DNA of 64,000 nt. Origin: Marsupella aquatica. Taxonomy: Eukaryota > Plantae > Marchantiophyta. The position numbers were made by a program, and so were the translations under genes. The notes below the pieces were generated by a model. It was not told where the DNA came from and made no database searches. It saw only the letters and a list, made by a program, of their open reading frames with translations. Positions 25,981 to 37,188 of the stretch are shown here, piece by piece (position 1 is the first letter of the stretch; each line of letters begins with the position of its first letter). The stretch spans positions 24,612,709-24,676,708 of the forward strand of contig OZ316894.1 in NCBI GenBank assembly GCA_973895155.1, read 5' to 3'.

Positions 25981-28900
25981 TTATTCCTTTACAAAGTGTT
26001 GGCCCCACTTTTGTCGCCACATTCCATTTTTCTAGTAGATATTTGAGTGTTAGCCTCTAAACTATTGTGAATTACTTTAAAGAAAATGGTGGGCCTATGT
26101 TACTCACAATGACTTAGGATAGCTAGCTACTTACTCAAAACCTAACTTAGGAATAGCTCTAGTCAAGAGTAGAGGGGGTAAAAACTTTGTTTCTCACATT
26201 CAAGTCTTGGATTCCATCACACTCTTGGGAAGAGATAGCTTAGGGTCTAGGTATCCTTAGTGTATGAAGAATTAATTTAATATAACTTGAATATGAAGAT
26301 AAAACAACATATTCTAAACAAACGATGGGCATGATTGAAAAATAAATATAGACCTAGAGGGGGTCCTCAAACATGAAAATTAAAAACATTGAGAGGGGGG
26401 TAAAAATAATTCCACAATCCATAAATACAAAGGATATACCTTGTCTAGAATAAATCAAAACAAAAATACATCTCAAAATCCTCAATATTAAGGCAAAGTG
26501 ACCTGAGTAAGCTCCAGGACAAGGTAACACCAAAATGCCCAGTTCACGTTATCCAGTCACGAAAGTTCTGCATCACCTCACATGAAATCTGAGTTAGTGA
26601 AAGTCTTCTTTCCTTGTCTACTGTAGAGGAGGCTTTCCAATAGATTCTGCATGAAGGAGCAGCTCAGTGCCATTAACCTACTTCTAAAATGTTGAGGAAT
26701 GGGGATCATCCTGGCGCTCGTTACTACTTTACTTCCCTTCTCACATTTTTGGAGCTTTATGGAATCTAACGTGTGATGTGGCAATTGGGCAAGCCACAGC
26801 AGTGACATATGGCATTGTAATTTCTAGGGTTTTTCCAGATTTAGGGTGGCCATGTGAGCATGTGAAGGAGAAGACGCTATCAATATTCTTTATCTGATTT
26901 CTCCTGACTGTTAGAATCTCCCTAGATGTAAGGATGACCCTTAGATTCAGGTAATTGGGGCTTGTGATTAGGTGGGAAATTAGCTTTGGGACGCATAGTA
27001 GCTAGCAGATTTTAGTCAAAAGTGACAAAACCCTTTTGGAGATGTGGAATCTACATATATAAGGTTTTTTCTTTTTGGCCAGGCGAACCAGATAACCAAT
27101 GTCATCTTGTGTGAAGTAGAAGATGTTGAGAACCTTCCTTATCTACTTATCCCCAACTAATTTTTGAACTTCAGATCTCCATTAGATTCTGGCTAATGGA
27201 ATCTGTCGGTAGGCGGGAAATGTTAGTAGCTATGGAAAGACAAACAAACTAGTGTTTGTAGCTGTGGGTAGTTTGAGCCTGTTCTATGTGCCAGATAGTG
27301 TTCCATGGGTAGATGTAAACTAGAATAATCAACTATTGTAGGTCGCAGGTCAACCTTGATTGGGCACAATGTCTGCGCACAGAATATAGAATGATACAGT
27401 TGATGGGGCCAATTTGTATGAAACGCCTTGGGAAACACCCTGCCCCAAATATCCATCCCTTCGGACATGATTCCAGTTTTTGTTGTTGTTGTTGTTGGTT
27501 TTGTTTTCAAAAACGATTCCAGTTTTGCAATTCTCCTTCGCTACGTTGCCTTGACTTCACTTAGACTCAGTCAACTAGGTTTATGATTTAGCCACAATCA
27601 TACAATCAGCTGGATGTACCTCCCTTCCATGTGCCTTGGAACCCCTCCCTCCCTTCCCCATACGTAGGATACCCACCCCAAAGTCTGCATTTCAAAATAT
27701 GACAATAGATCTTTGTATGATGTCACTTCATATGGTGATAAACCCAATTATTCTGTTCAAATCACTTAGTGTTAGCCATATATTACCAGTTTCTGATGTG
27801 TAATTACCTGGATATGAACGTGCACCATATTAAACATTACCCCTGCGTAGCCCCTGAAGCAAGCTCACATTGCGTTTCATTAGTAAGATTACCAATTTTT
27901 TATGTGTAATGACCTTGATATGAACTTACACCACTTTCACTCAACATTACTTACATGCAACAAATTGTGCAACGCACAGCCATTGGGTTACCTGTCTTCC
28001 CCCAACAGAGTGCCAATGTGGCCTTGTATTCAAATAGTGGGCAATGGGGCATTCTACTGGAATAGTGCACCCTGGGCATTGTATTTGAGTTTTGATTAAT
28101 ATGTGTTTTCATTTTTCATACTTGAATGACATTGTGTTCAAAAATGAGATTTGTGTTCAAATATTGACTTTGTGTTTGAGTGTTGACATTGCCATAGGAT
28201 TCATGCAGTTTTTACCATTTAATTGTGCTCAATGTAGAACATTTTAGGGTCAAGACTCAAACATAATGACAAAATCAAACACAAGACCAATATTTGAACA
28301 CAACACCCTGGAAGATGTTGTGTTCAAGATCAAATGTGTTTTTGTCACAGGATAAATTCCAATTTTTAACACAATGCCACAACGCCTTGGGGCTATGTTG
28401 GGGACGACAGTAGTCCTCTCATAAAATCTAAACAGATCTTCATATTCTTTGAAGGCATCCCCTGCTTTGACCAACTCCTTTTCAAGATCTAGGAAGCTTT
28501 GGCATAAAACCTCTCAAAAGCCAATGTGAAGGAAAGGCTATGATCGATCTGCAGGTAATTGGCTAAATTAACATGCTAAAGATCACCTTTCCATATTATT
28601 TTCTTGCATGAAGCCAGCTACACTGATCATGGAGTTGACCTGTCACCACATCAGTAAGTCAATGGTCTACTTAGCAAGTCCTCCCACTTGGGCTGACTGT
28701 TGAGGAACAGTTCAAATAGTAGTAGGGATAAGAGCTGCTTTTCATGATGACTTTGAGGTCCGACCGTCCGAGGTTCAAGCAGGTTTTTCCTTTTTTCTTT
28801 TAAATAATAATGGGAACACGGTCCAGAATGCAGGCCGCCATTTATGCTGGCAAAAGATAGAACATGATACAGGGTGAAACAAACTGATCCTAGCAAACAA

Positions 28901-29819
28901 CACGAGATTGGTTCATTTGGAGGAAAGGGACAAAGAACCCAGCAAAGAACTCGTTGGAGACAGTCGGACCAAAAGCTAACCATTGTGAGAACTATTCATA
29001 ATGAACGAGAAATTGTTAATGTCTCACTTTCAAACAAATAGTGTCAAGTTACCATGTTTTGGTTCACTCTCAATAGAAAAATATAAGCAAAATTGTATTA
29101 CTAAACTCTGCGAACTTGTTTGTTGAACATATTGCTTTTCAGATGAAAGTGAATAAATTGTACTTTGCACCGTTGTCCTTCGCATATATTGGCTGGCCGG
29201 AGCTTTCCCTGACGAACCCGACATTTCCCCTATGGGCAGACAGCTCGCCTCTGGCTTCTCCTGGCTGATCTTACTCCCGACCTTACTAGCATAACCCCTA
29301 TTTACCATGTTATCAAGATGACAAGTCCTCTCAATTCTTCTTTGCAGTGAGTCCTCTGTGTTATAGCTACCCTTGCTATGTCTCACTGTGTGTGCACCAA
29401 GTGTGTGCATGGTGAAAGGTGCAGGCCCAAAAATCTTTGAACAAAAATGCTTCCATCCCTCCCATTAAATCAAAGAAGATAACGTAACTCAATGGTCTGC
29501 AATGACTAATAGCGCAATCATGAATGCCATGCTATTCTAGTCTCTTCCATGGACTTATCCACTTAGTAAGGGTCTGTAGAAGGGTTTAGGGTGTGGGTTC
29601 TGAATGCAGTTCACCATGACATTCCAAACTCCAAGTGTTTGAGAGGGCAAGACATTGAGCATGGAGGTACATTTGGCTTAGTACTCTAGGGTGGAGGTGG
29701 TAAAGCCCTAATTTTTTTCTAAAGTGCTTGGGCTGCATGTGTTGCACTTTTGTAAATAATACTACACACACCCAGAAGTGCATAAACTTAAGTCCTTGCA
29801 GTTATTGGGTAGTGGATTC

Positions 29820-30162
29820 TGTTAGATATTGCTCTAGTCTTGTGACTCATGAGCTAACTACAGTTAGTCTAACTTGGGTTAGGACTTAGCTAATGTTAGC
29901 GGTAGTGCTGTTGTGCATATAGCCAGGGCTGATGCCAGACCCTGGTGGAACTTAGACTCATTGTTACGGAGCTAGTTGAGAGATAGGGAGAGCTTGTGCT
30001 GTGAATGCTTGGTATGGCCGGTCGGCCTAGAGTGCAGTAAAGCTCTTGTGTGTTCCCGTGGACGTAGCCTCATGTGGAGGTGAACCACGTGTCTCTCTGT
30101 GTTGACTATTGTGCGTTGATGGTTCATGGGCTTGCCGTTACGAATGTCGCCTATGCTCAACA
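29820..30162 (+). repeat. Copia 5' LTR
   Basis: 343 bp; about 8 substitutions and 2 small indels versus the 3' LTR (by-eye count). Confidence 0.95.
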
Positions 30163-31885
30163 AGTGATATCAGAGCATGTCTGGGAGGTGACGAGGTTTT
30201 TTCGTGACAGGTTTTTCTAGCGTTCATTGTCGATGGTACATTCAGAATTTCGTCGCATGAAACTTGAATGTGTATGGCTGAGCAAATAGGTTAGTGAGAG
30301 GGCTTTCTAACGGTGGTTAGAACTCGCTGATCGGTATCCGTGGTGGGAAGGAATTGAAGTTTGCATCGTTCAGGGTTTATTCGTGTTCGATGGTATTTCG
30401 GGGGAGAGACCAGAGTTTGCATTTTCAACGGTGTGAGCTGTGCGGTACGGGAGGGATCGCACATTATAGCTCATGTTGAAGGTTGAAGCGAGCTGGTCGT
30501 TTTGGTAGCTGGATTGCTGCCGAGTTGTTACCGAGTGCGACGTGACGAGTGAAGGAGGCGTTCAGGTTTTTTCACAAGCTATGGAGCTTGTTCTCATCTG
30601 AACCGGGTTTCTCTTCGTGACGTCCAACTCGGTGGAAGAAACACGAAGTGCTACGGCTCAATGGTTTGATCGCGGCGAGGTGGTCGTTTTGAGTCTGGGA
30701 TTGGCACTTGACGCGGAGTGAAGGCAACGCGGCGGAAACTTTTTCTCTACTGGAGCTGCAGACTGTGCCGGTGCAATTCGACAACTTTTCTCGTCGCCAG
30801 TATTCACTTTTCTTGTTTAAAATGGCGGCTGATAAGGTGAGTAATCGGCATTTTGTTTTGGTAGAGGGTTAATTTTTGACTTAAGGTGGTCTAAAGGGAC
30901 CCTGTGTGTGTATACACACACATTCGGGTGTGTATACACACACCCGAACCCCACCCCTTTCTCTCCCTCACCCCGATACTTCTTGGCCCCGTATAATCAT
31001 TTTCCCCCCCTCCTTTCCGTCATTTCAGCCGTAGCGACAAGCTGCACAGCGCCGGCAGGCGCGTTTGCAGCCGCCTTGCCTACCTCGCCCTCCCCTACGT
31101 CTTTTGCCTGGCGCCGGCCTTGCTCTCGCGCCCCCGGTCGCCCATGCCCCGCCCCCTTCAGCGTGTGCCGTGTCGGGCTAGCTGCCCCTTTTCATTTGAG
31201 CCCCCCCCCTTTATGGTTACCACGCGACCTGCCGGCCGCGTTTAAGCCCTTCAGGCGACCGCCTCCTCACCCCGGTCCGGCCCTGCTGTATGCCTGTACG
31301 CCTTGTAAACACCCGGCCCGATACACGTATTCTCCCTGGCCTTTTTTTATATACTCGTATTTATGTTTAAGGGGCTTATCACCCCCTTTAAGGGCCTATT
31401 TTAAACCAATTTTCCCTCTTTTGGTTCTCCTTGATGTCGGGAGCTGCCACCCTCCGTTTTAACCACTTGGATAGGGGGAACGGCCCCCTGTGAGACCTGT
31501 TGGACTGTGCAGGAATATTCCCAAAAAACAAAGAGCTGTTTTTTGGCCGTCCGACAAAGATGTCGTCCGCCGAACGGTAACTATTTTGGTTCTTTTTCGG
31601 CGAGGACGTTGCCACTGGAGTTAGCAACGCGGCGCACCGATCACATCGCGATTCCGACGATGGGTTGTACTAGGTATTTTGGTTATTCTCCAAGGTGGTC
31701 AAAACGAGGGAGTTTCCCAAGGTTTTACCCACCCCGACCAAAATTTGAATAACTTTTCTGTCGAATTTTGATTTTGATTTCGGCTTTCAGTATTGGACTC
31801 CTAGCTTTGTGGGCTACGCGGTAGTGTTGAGTTTTGAGTTTTATGAGAAGTTTCGAAAAAAGATATTTTTTTGTGATTGTTTCAT

Positions 31886-32724
31886 ATGAGTGACTCGGAG
31901 GATACTGGAAGAATTGGCATCGGTGGAGCTTCAGGATCGCAATGGTCAGACGGTGAGTCTGAGGAGGAGCTGCTACCGTTTGAGGAAGAACTAGTAACAC
32001 CAGTACGATCACCGATGTGGCGTGCAGTGGAGGAAGCTGTGTTACTACCAGAGCTATCGATAGTGGGGAAGAAGAGGGAGATGGCTAGATTTTGAGGAGT
32101 GAAGTTTGAGGTGGAGAAGTACGATGGTCGTACTGATTACTTGCTCTGGGAGAAGCAAGTGAAGGGTGTTCTACGGGCCATGGACTTAGCTCATCTACTT
32201 TCATCGCAAGAGCAGTATGATGGAGAGGAGGAGATTTCTGTGAGACAATGGAGACAGGAGCAGGTGATTGCTGTCAATGCAGTGATGCTATACCTCAAGC
32301 CGCATATCATCAAGAAGCTAGATGATTATGAAAACTTTGCATCACTATTCAAGGCTCTAAGAGAGAAGTACTACCAGGAAGATGCGTCAGACCGGCTGTA
32401 CAAGAAGTCTCTCTTGATGAGCCTCAGGCTCAAGGAAGGGAGCAAGCTGGAGGATCACCTAGATGAGTTTGACAGTCTAGCGGTTGATCTGTCAAACTTG
32501 GGAAAAGGAGTTGAAGATGAGGATAAGGCCTTGCTTCTGCTAAGCTCCTTACCGCCGTCATATCAGGGCTTGAAACAGGTACTCTTGTACAGAGATTTGA
32601 AGTCCATTTTGTATAATGAGGTGGTGAGCTCTTTACTGTCTGATGATGCTCACAAGAAGCTGGGTCAATCACAGATAGCATCTTCTTCTTGCACTGCGCT
32701 CCATGTGAACAAGGGAAGAGCAAC
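31886..32724 (+). pseudogene. gag: Copia gag, 5' part (in-frame stop at 32093-32095), interrupted by the Gypsy insertion
   Basis: KFEVEKYDGRTDYLLW, HLDEFDSLAVDL and DEDKALLLLSSLPPSY (UBN2/Retrotran_gag_2-type motifs). Confidence 0.9.
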
Positions 32725-32830
32725 TGTAAACCAAGAAAATAATTAAGTAGAATTAGTGGAGAAACGTCAAGCAGAAGTTAATAGATCAAGTATTAAAGGG
32801 ATCGGTGGCAGGTAGAAATAGCTTAGTAAG

Positions 32831-33427
32831 ATGGCGGGGAGACTAACTTTAGAAGGCACGAAAATTTTTGCTATTTGGAGTAGTATCGGACTAGGGTTTT
32901 GCTATGAAGGATGCAATACCAAGCTAGGAGACGGTAGAGATTGCGCTCTGGGGGTGAAAGCAAGACAACGAAGGCGAATGGGAGAAGAACGATTGAACAT
33001 TTTCAGCAAGGATCGAGGCACTCATATTTGCAAGCTCATAGGAGAAGGGAAGCCCATGTTCAGATTTATGATTTGCCTTAGGGAGGGAGACTGCCGAGTA
33101 TGGAATGAAGCAGGGCAACAACTTTTTGACATGAATGGTGAAACTTACCAACGACAATTGACTACTCAAGAAGCTGTTGAAGAATTTTGCAGGGGAATCA
33201 TGTCATCAAAGTGGAACCTGACGTTGGGACGAGAACTCGATCAACGACAACGTCACTGCTGGAGGCTAATCGCCATTGAACGAGTAATTGTTTTTTGGAA
33301 CATTATTGAACTAGAAGATCCATTGAATGTTCATCATGTGACATCAGAGTTCAGAAGCTTAGCCATTGGCAGTTCAGAAACCACGGCTTCAACCACCAAT
33401 CGCTTACAGAGATGTTCGATGCAGTAG
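32831..33427 (+). CDS. LTR-embedded ORF resembling the RPA70 C-terminal OB-fold with zinc ribbon (198 aa)
   Basis: ATG-initiated intact ORF: CYEGCNTKL..C..HIC, then MFRFMICLREG, VWNEAGQQLFDMNGE, IMSSKWNLTL and WRLIAIERV, which parallel RPA1 DBD-C elements. Confidence 0.55.
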   Translation: MAGRLTLEGTKIFAIWSSIGLGFCYEGCNTKLGDGRDCALGVKARQRRRMGEERLNIFSKDRGTHICKLIGEGKPMFRFMICLREGDCRVWNEAGQQLFDMNGETYQRQLTTQEAVEEFCRGIMSSKWNLTLGRELDQRQRHCWRLIAIERVIVFWNIIELEDPLNVHHVTSEFRSLAIGSSETTASTTNRLQRCSMQ

Positions 33428-33589
33428 TCTCAGTTGAATAGAGTATACCAATCGGGAACTACAAATTGCGGTTGAGTAACCGCAAAACAACAGTTTATTA
33501 ACTGCTATGCAGTTATGTTCGATTAGTAAGTTAGATAACCATTTTTGCCAATCGGGCAGTTGGAAACCGATAGTTTTGCCGGAAGATAG

Positions 33590-33596
33590 TATTTAA
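33590..33596 (+). promoter_or_regulatory. Candidate TATA box of the Gypsy LTR
   Basis: TATTTAAGGC in mid-LTR, downstream of the embedded ORF. Confidence 0.4.
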
Positions 33597-34747
33597 GGCA
33601 GACAAGAGCGTAGAGCGTAGAGCAGGTGTCACTTATTGCATTAGTAAATCTGGCTGTGAGGCGTAGCCGTGCTCCCTTGGGATTGCCAGTTGTTTGTGAA
33701 AGTGTTCCCTACTCAGTTATGAGTAGAATTTTGAGTTCAGAAGTAAAGAATGTAATGTTGCGAGATAGCAGACGATGATTATGAATGAATGTCAATTGAG
33801 ATTAAGAGTTGAGAGAAAGAGAAGAGTGGTTGAATAGGACAATCCAATAGGTGAGATATGACGAGAGAGTCGCACTTATTGAAATTGTAACCTTAACAAG
33901 GAAACTGCATAAAATAGAAATTGTTAAGTCGCTCAATCGTTAAACGCAGGTATGTATGAAGATTTACTCACTTCGAGTGAGGACTTTGAGGTATAACAAC
34001 TCAAGAAGTCAATTCAACAGACAAGTGGTGCGTAGCAGAGTCTGGTTGGAGATTGTGTGGTTTGAAGGTGACAATCTGGTCATCATACACCTCCTTCATA
34101 ACGGAGTAATTGTCGGATTGGTGTTTCTACTACGAATAGCTATTCTTGAATTACTCTATCATATACGAACTTGATTACTCGAAGAGTAAATCAATGAGAC
34201 AATTGGGTCTAAGAGATCACAATTCCTGGAAATATGAATCCTGACAGCAAGAATCAAGATAGTCACTCACTAATTAGACTCAGACCGATAGAATTGTGGA
34301 TCTGTTCAATCGGTTTGCACTTGATCACTCGTCGGTTGAAGGAAGAAAACATTCCAATTTGTATCTTCACTTACCGTGAGTGGTGTGGGTTTATAGACTG
34401 AGATTGTGTACCGAGAAGGGTTAGTCTTAACTGAGTCGATTGTACCTAAGAAGTGGAAGGAAGAAGTAGACATCGAAGAACATTCAGCGGAAATCATAGG
34501 TTCAGAGTATGAAAAAGATTTACTAGATTACCCTGTTGTTGGACGATTAATAGGTTAATAGAAAAGCGAACGAATAGAGAAGAGTTAAGTTGAGTTAATC
34601 GTAGGGAAGAAATAATGTTTAACATTTTGGCGACCATACTGGGGAATGCTTTGAAGGGTTCTTAGAGAAGGAAGCTGCTAGTACTTGCAGCCCAAACCAA
34701 GAAACGGTTGAAAACAGATCAAGAAGTGAGTTCAACGGAAGAAAAAC

Positions 34748-35029
34748 ATGAGTGAGAGGAAAGAATTTTGGACATTATTCTATTTTGATGAAGATACGGA
34801 GCTGCCCATTATTACGACGCTGGATGAAGAGGAGTACAAGAACTTGATAAGCGGAGAAAACAACGCTAGAAGAGGAGATGTTATACTGATCGTGCATACC
34901 ACCGCGACGCATACCGAACTGGTGATACGAGAAGCACGTAACGGAGTGTGGGGAGTTTGCAGAAGCGCAACACATCCTCGACTCAGTCTACACAAGGCCT
35001 TCAACAGCAGTGATAATGGTGCCCAGTAA
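34748..35029 (+). CDS. Short ORF between the PBS and gag of the Gypsy element (unknown function)
   Basis: ATG ORF of 93 aa with protein-like composition, about 100 bp after the PBS. Confidence 0.35.
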   Translation: MSERKEFWTLFYFDEDTELPIITTLDEEEYKNLISGENNARRGDVILIVHTTATHTELVIREARNGVWGVCRSATHPRLSLHKAFNSSDNGAQ

Positions 35030-35499
35030 CAATCTGCCGAAGTGCTGCATACAAAGTCGACTTCCAAAGAAGAAAGTTGAGTTAAAGAAAGTGTTGGAGT
35101 GGTGTCGGTGGAATCGCAACGAGTATCCAATAGCAATCGCACTTCAAATTGGTAGGATTACTAGATGGCTGAGTATAAAGCTTAAAGAGAATACAGGAGC
35201 TTGCAAAAGCTGTACGTTATGATGTAAGGAGGATAGTTTCAAGTATTATTTGTTAGCACAGCTGCTGACGATGTGCTTCGAAACGGAGTTGATGACTCCG
35301 GAGGACTATACACCCACAATTAGCGAATAGATGTTGTTCCAATGGAGCACATAGTCTCAGTTAAGTAAAGGAGACGGTATCAATCCTGTATGTACTGAGA
35401 ACGCGGATTATTATTCCATTGCAACAAATTTTTGGAAATGACTTCACCTTGAAGATTGTGAATGATGGTTGATCGATCTTGATTAAGTACTATTGATAG

Positions 35500-36612
35500 A
35501 TGGGTAAAACACCGATTAGAGAAGAAGAAATGGAGAGTGAATTTGAAGCCTTTCAAGAGAGTAGACCAAGAGTAGAAATTGATGACAAAATTGAAACATC
35601 CAGAGCACAAGAGAGAGAAGAGCAAGTTATGGAAGATACAATGGAACGACTTAAGATTCAACCTACAGGTGGAAGTAATTTGAGAATAGTGCCAACTGCG
35701 ATACGGTGAGTTAAAATACCAACTTTCAAAGGAGCATCGGACGAGGATGCAGATACGCATTTGGCTCGGTTTGAGGAGATGCTCAGAGCTAATCATGAAC
35801 AGAACGATACAGCACAATTAGAGCTATTTCCGAGTTCTTTGGACAAGGAAGCATTTGTATGGTACACACAATTTCCCGCTGATCACTTTAAAACCTGGCC
35901 TGATTTTGCAAAAGAGTTTCTAGATCATTATAGGAGAGCAAAAGAAGAGTCAGATCTTTATAGTATACTACAGAACATGACACAAAAGAAGGGTGAACCG
36001 GTGCAAAATTATATTGGACGATTAAAAGTAACTATGAGACGATTAACAAACAAACCCTCAGATGGTCAAAGGATTAGTTGGATGAGGAAAGCAGTAAAAG
36101 GAAGTCTAGTAACGGTGGTAGAACAAAATCCTACTTCTAACGCAGATGAGTATGAAAAGAGATTAATACGATTAGAAGGCATCACTCAAATGTTGAATCA
36201 GGAGAAAAATGAAAGCAGTAATGATGAGGAAAAAGTGAGCCATAAGGCGAAAACAGCTAAAATTGAAAGCAAAGAGATTAAGGAACGACAGGAAAATAGA
36301 GAATGGAACGAGAATAGTAACCAGAAATTTTGCGAAATCCACATGAGGTCAGGACATACCACCCAAGAATGTAACCAAAATCCCTTTAAGAAAAAAACAA
36401 ATGTGGGGGTCAATCATGTAGGAACAAGTAAACAAGAGGGAGAGCGTATAGAGGCTAGCCAAGGTTACTACAATCCTGACAGAAATCTTAACCGAAGACC
36501 GTATAAAGAAGGGGGAGTCAAATACCCCCCTATTTGTTTTTACTGTCGATTGACAGGACACATAAGAGGCCCAGATTGCAAAAAGGTGGATGAAACACAT
36601 GAAGGAATTTAA
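35500..36612 (+). pseudogene. gag: Gypsy gag (one in-frame stop at 35707-35709)
   Basis: IPTFKG..DADTHLARFE, LFPSSLDKEAFVWY, MTQKKGEPVQNYIGR, and knuckles CEIHMRSGHTTQEC and CFYCRLTGHIRGPDC. Confidence 0.9.
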
Positions 36613-37188
36613 GGAAGAAGTTGCCGCAAAACCACCAGCACCGGTAAACACAGTAAAGGTAGCGGCTTATGTGGTGACCAGATCTCAAGGACAGCTTGGA
36701 GAGTCGGCACCAGAAGACCTTCCGACCGGGAATGAGGCCATTTTTTATTGGCAGCGTATGGATACAACGACACACAATGTGGTCGACGGGATTCGTCGAG
36801 AACAACAAAATGAGGTATTACCTCAACCAGGATGATTAACACGTTCTGAACCTTATGTTGAGGTTGAAACTGAGATTCTGGAAGAACAAGAACCGATTCG
36901 CAATTTAAACCCGGATCAATCGTGTGATAACGATAACCTACCAGCAACACCCGAAGAAGCAAGTTAAAGGATGGCTGACAAGCTAGTGCAGCTTATATAA
37001 AAAACACGGGTAGATCTTACCATTGAAGAACTGTTTCAATTAGCACCACAATGTAAGGAAGCAGTGTTAAGAAAGTTGGAGGGTAAAACAACCCCGACAA
37101 CATTGCCAGGAGTACCTTTATATCAAGCAGGAAAAATTTCTTTAATTGATAAAGGAGTAGTAGTCCAAATAAGTGTAAAGGGAATCAA

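Larger units (their letters stand above)
32725..34624 (+). repeat. Gypsy 5' LTR (1900 bp)
   Basis: Matches 40232-41168 except for 964 bp (33019-33982) that is absent from the 3' LTR. Confidence 0.93.

Noticed and set aside
28130-28335. Inverted repeats TGTGTTCAAATATTG / CAATATTTGAACACA
   Set aside because: Probably a MITE remnant, but termini and TSD could not be defined.
30908-31462. 184-aa Pro-rich ORF
   Set aside because: Artefact of the C-rich Copia leader; non-ATG start and no domain.
34306-34497. Antisense 63-aa ORF, identical in both Gypsy LTRs
   Set aside because: The identity is explained by LTR duplication; it is short and has no recognisable motif.
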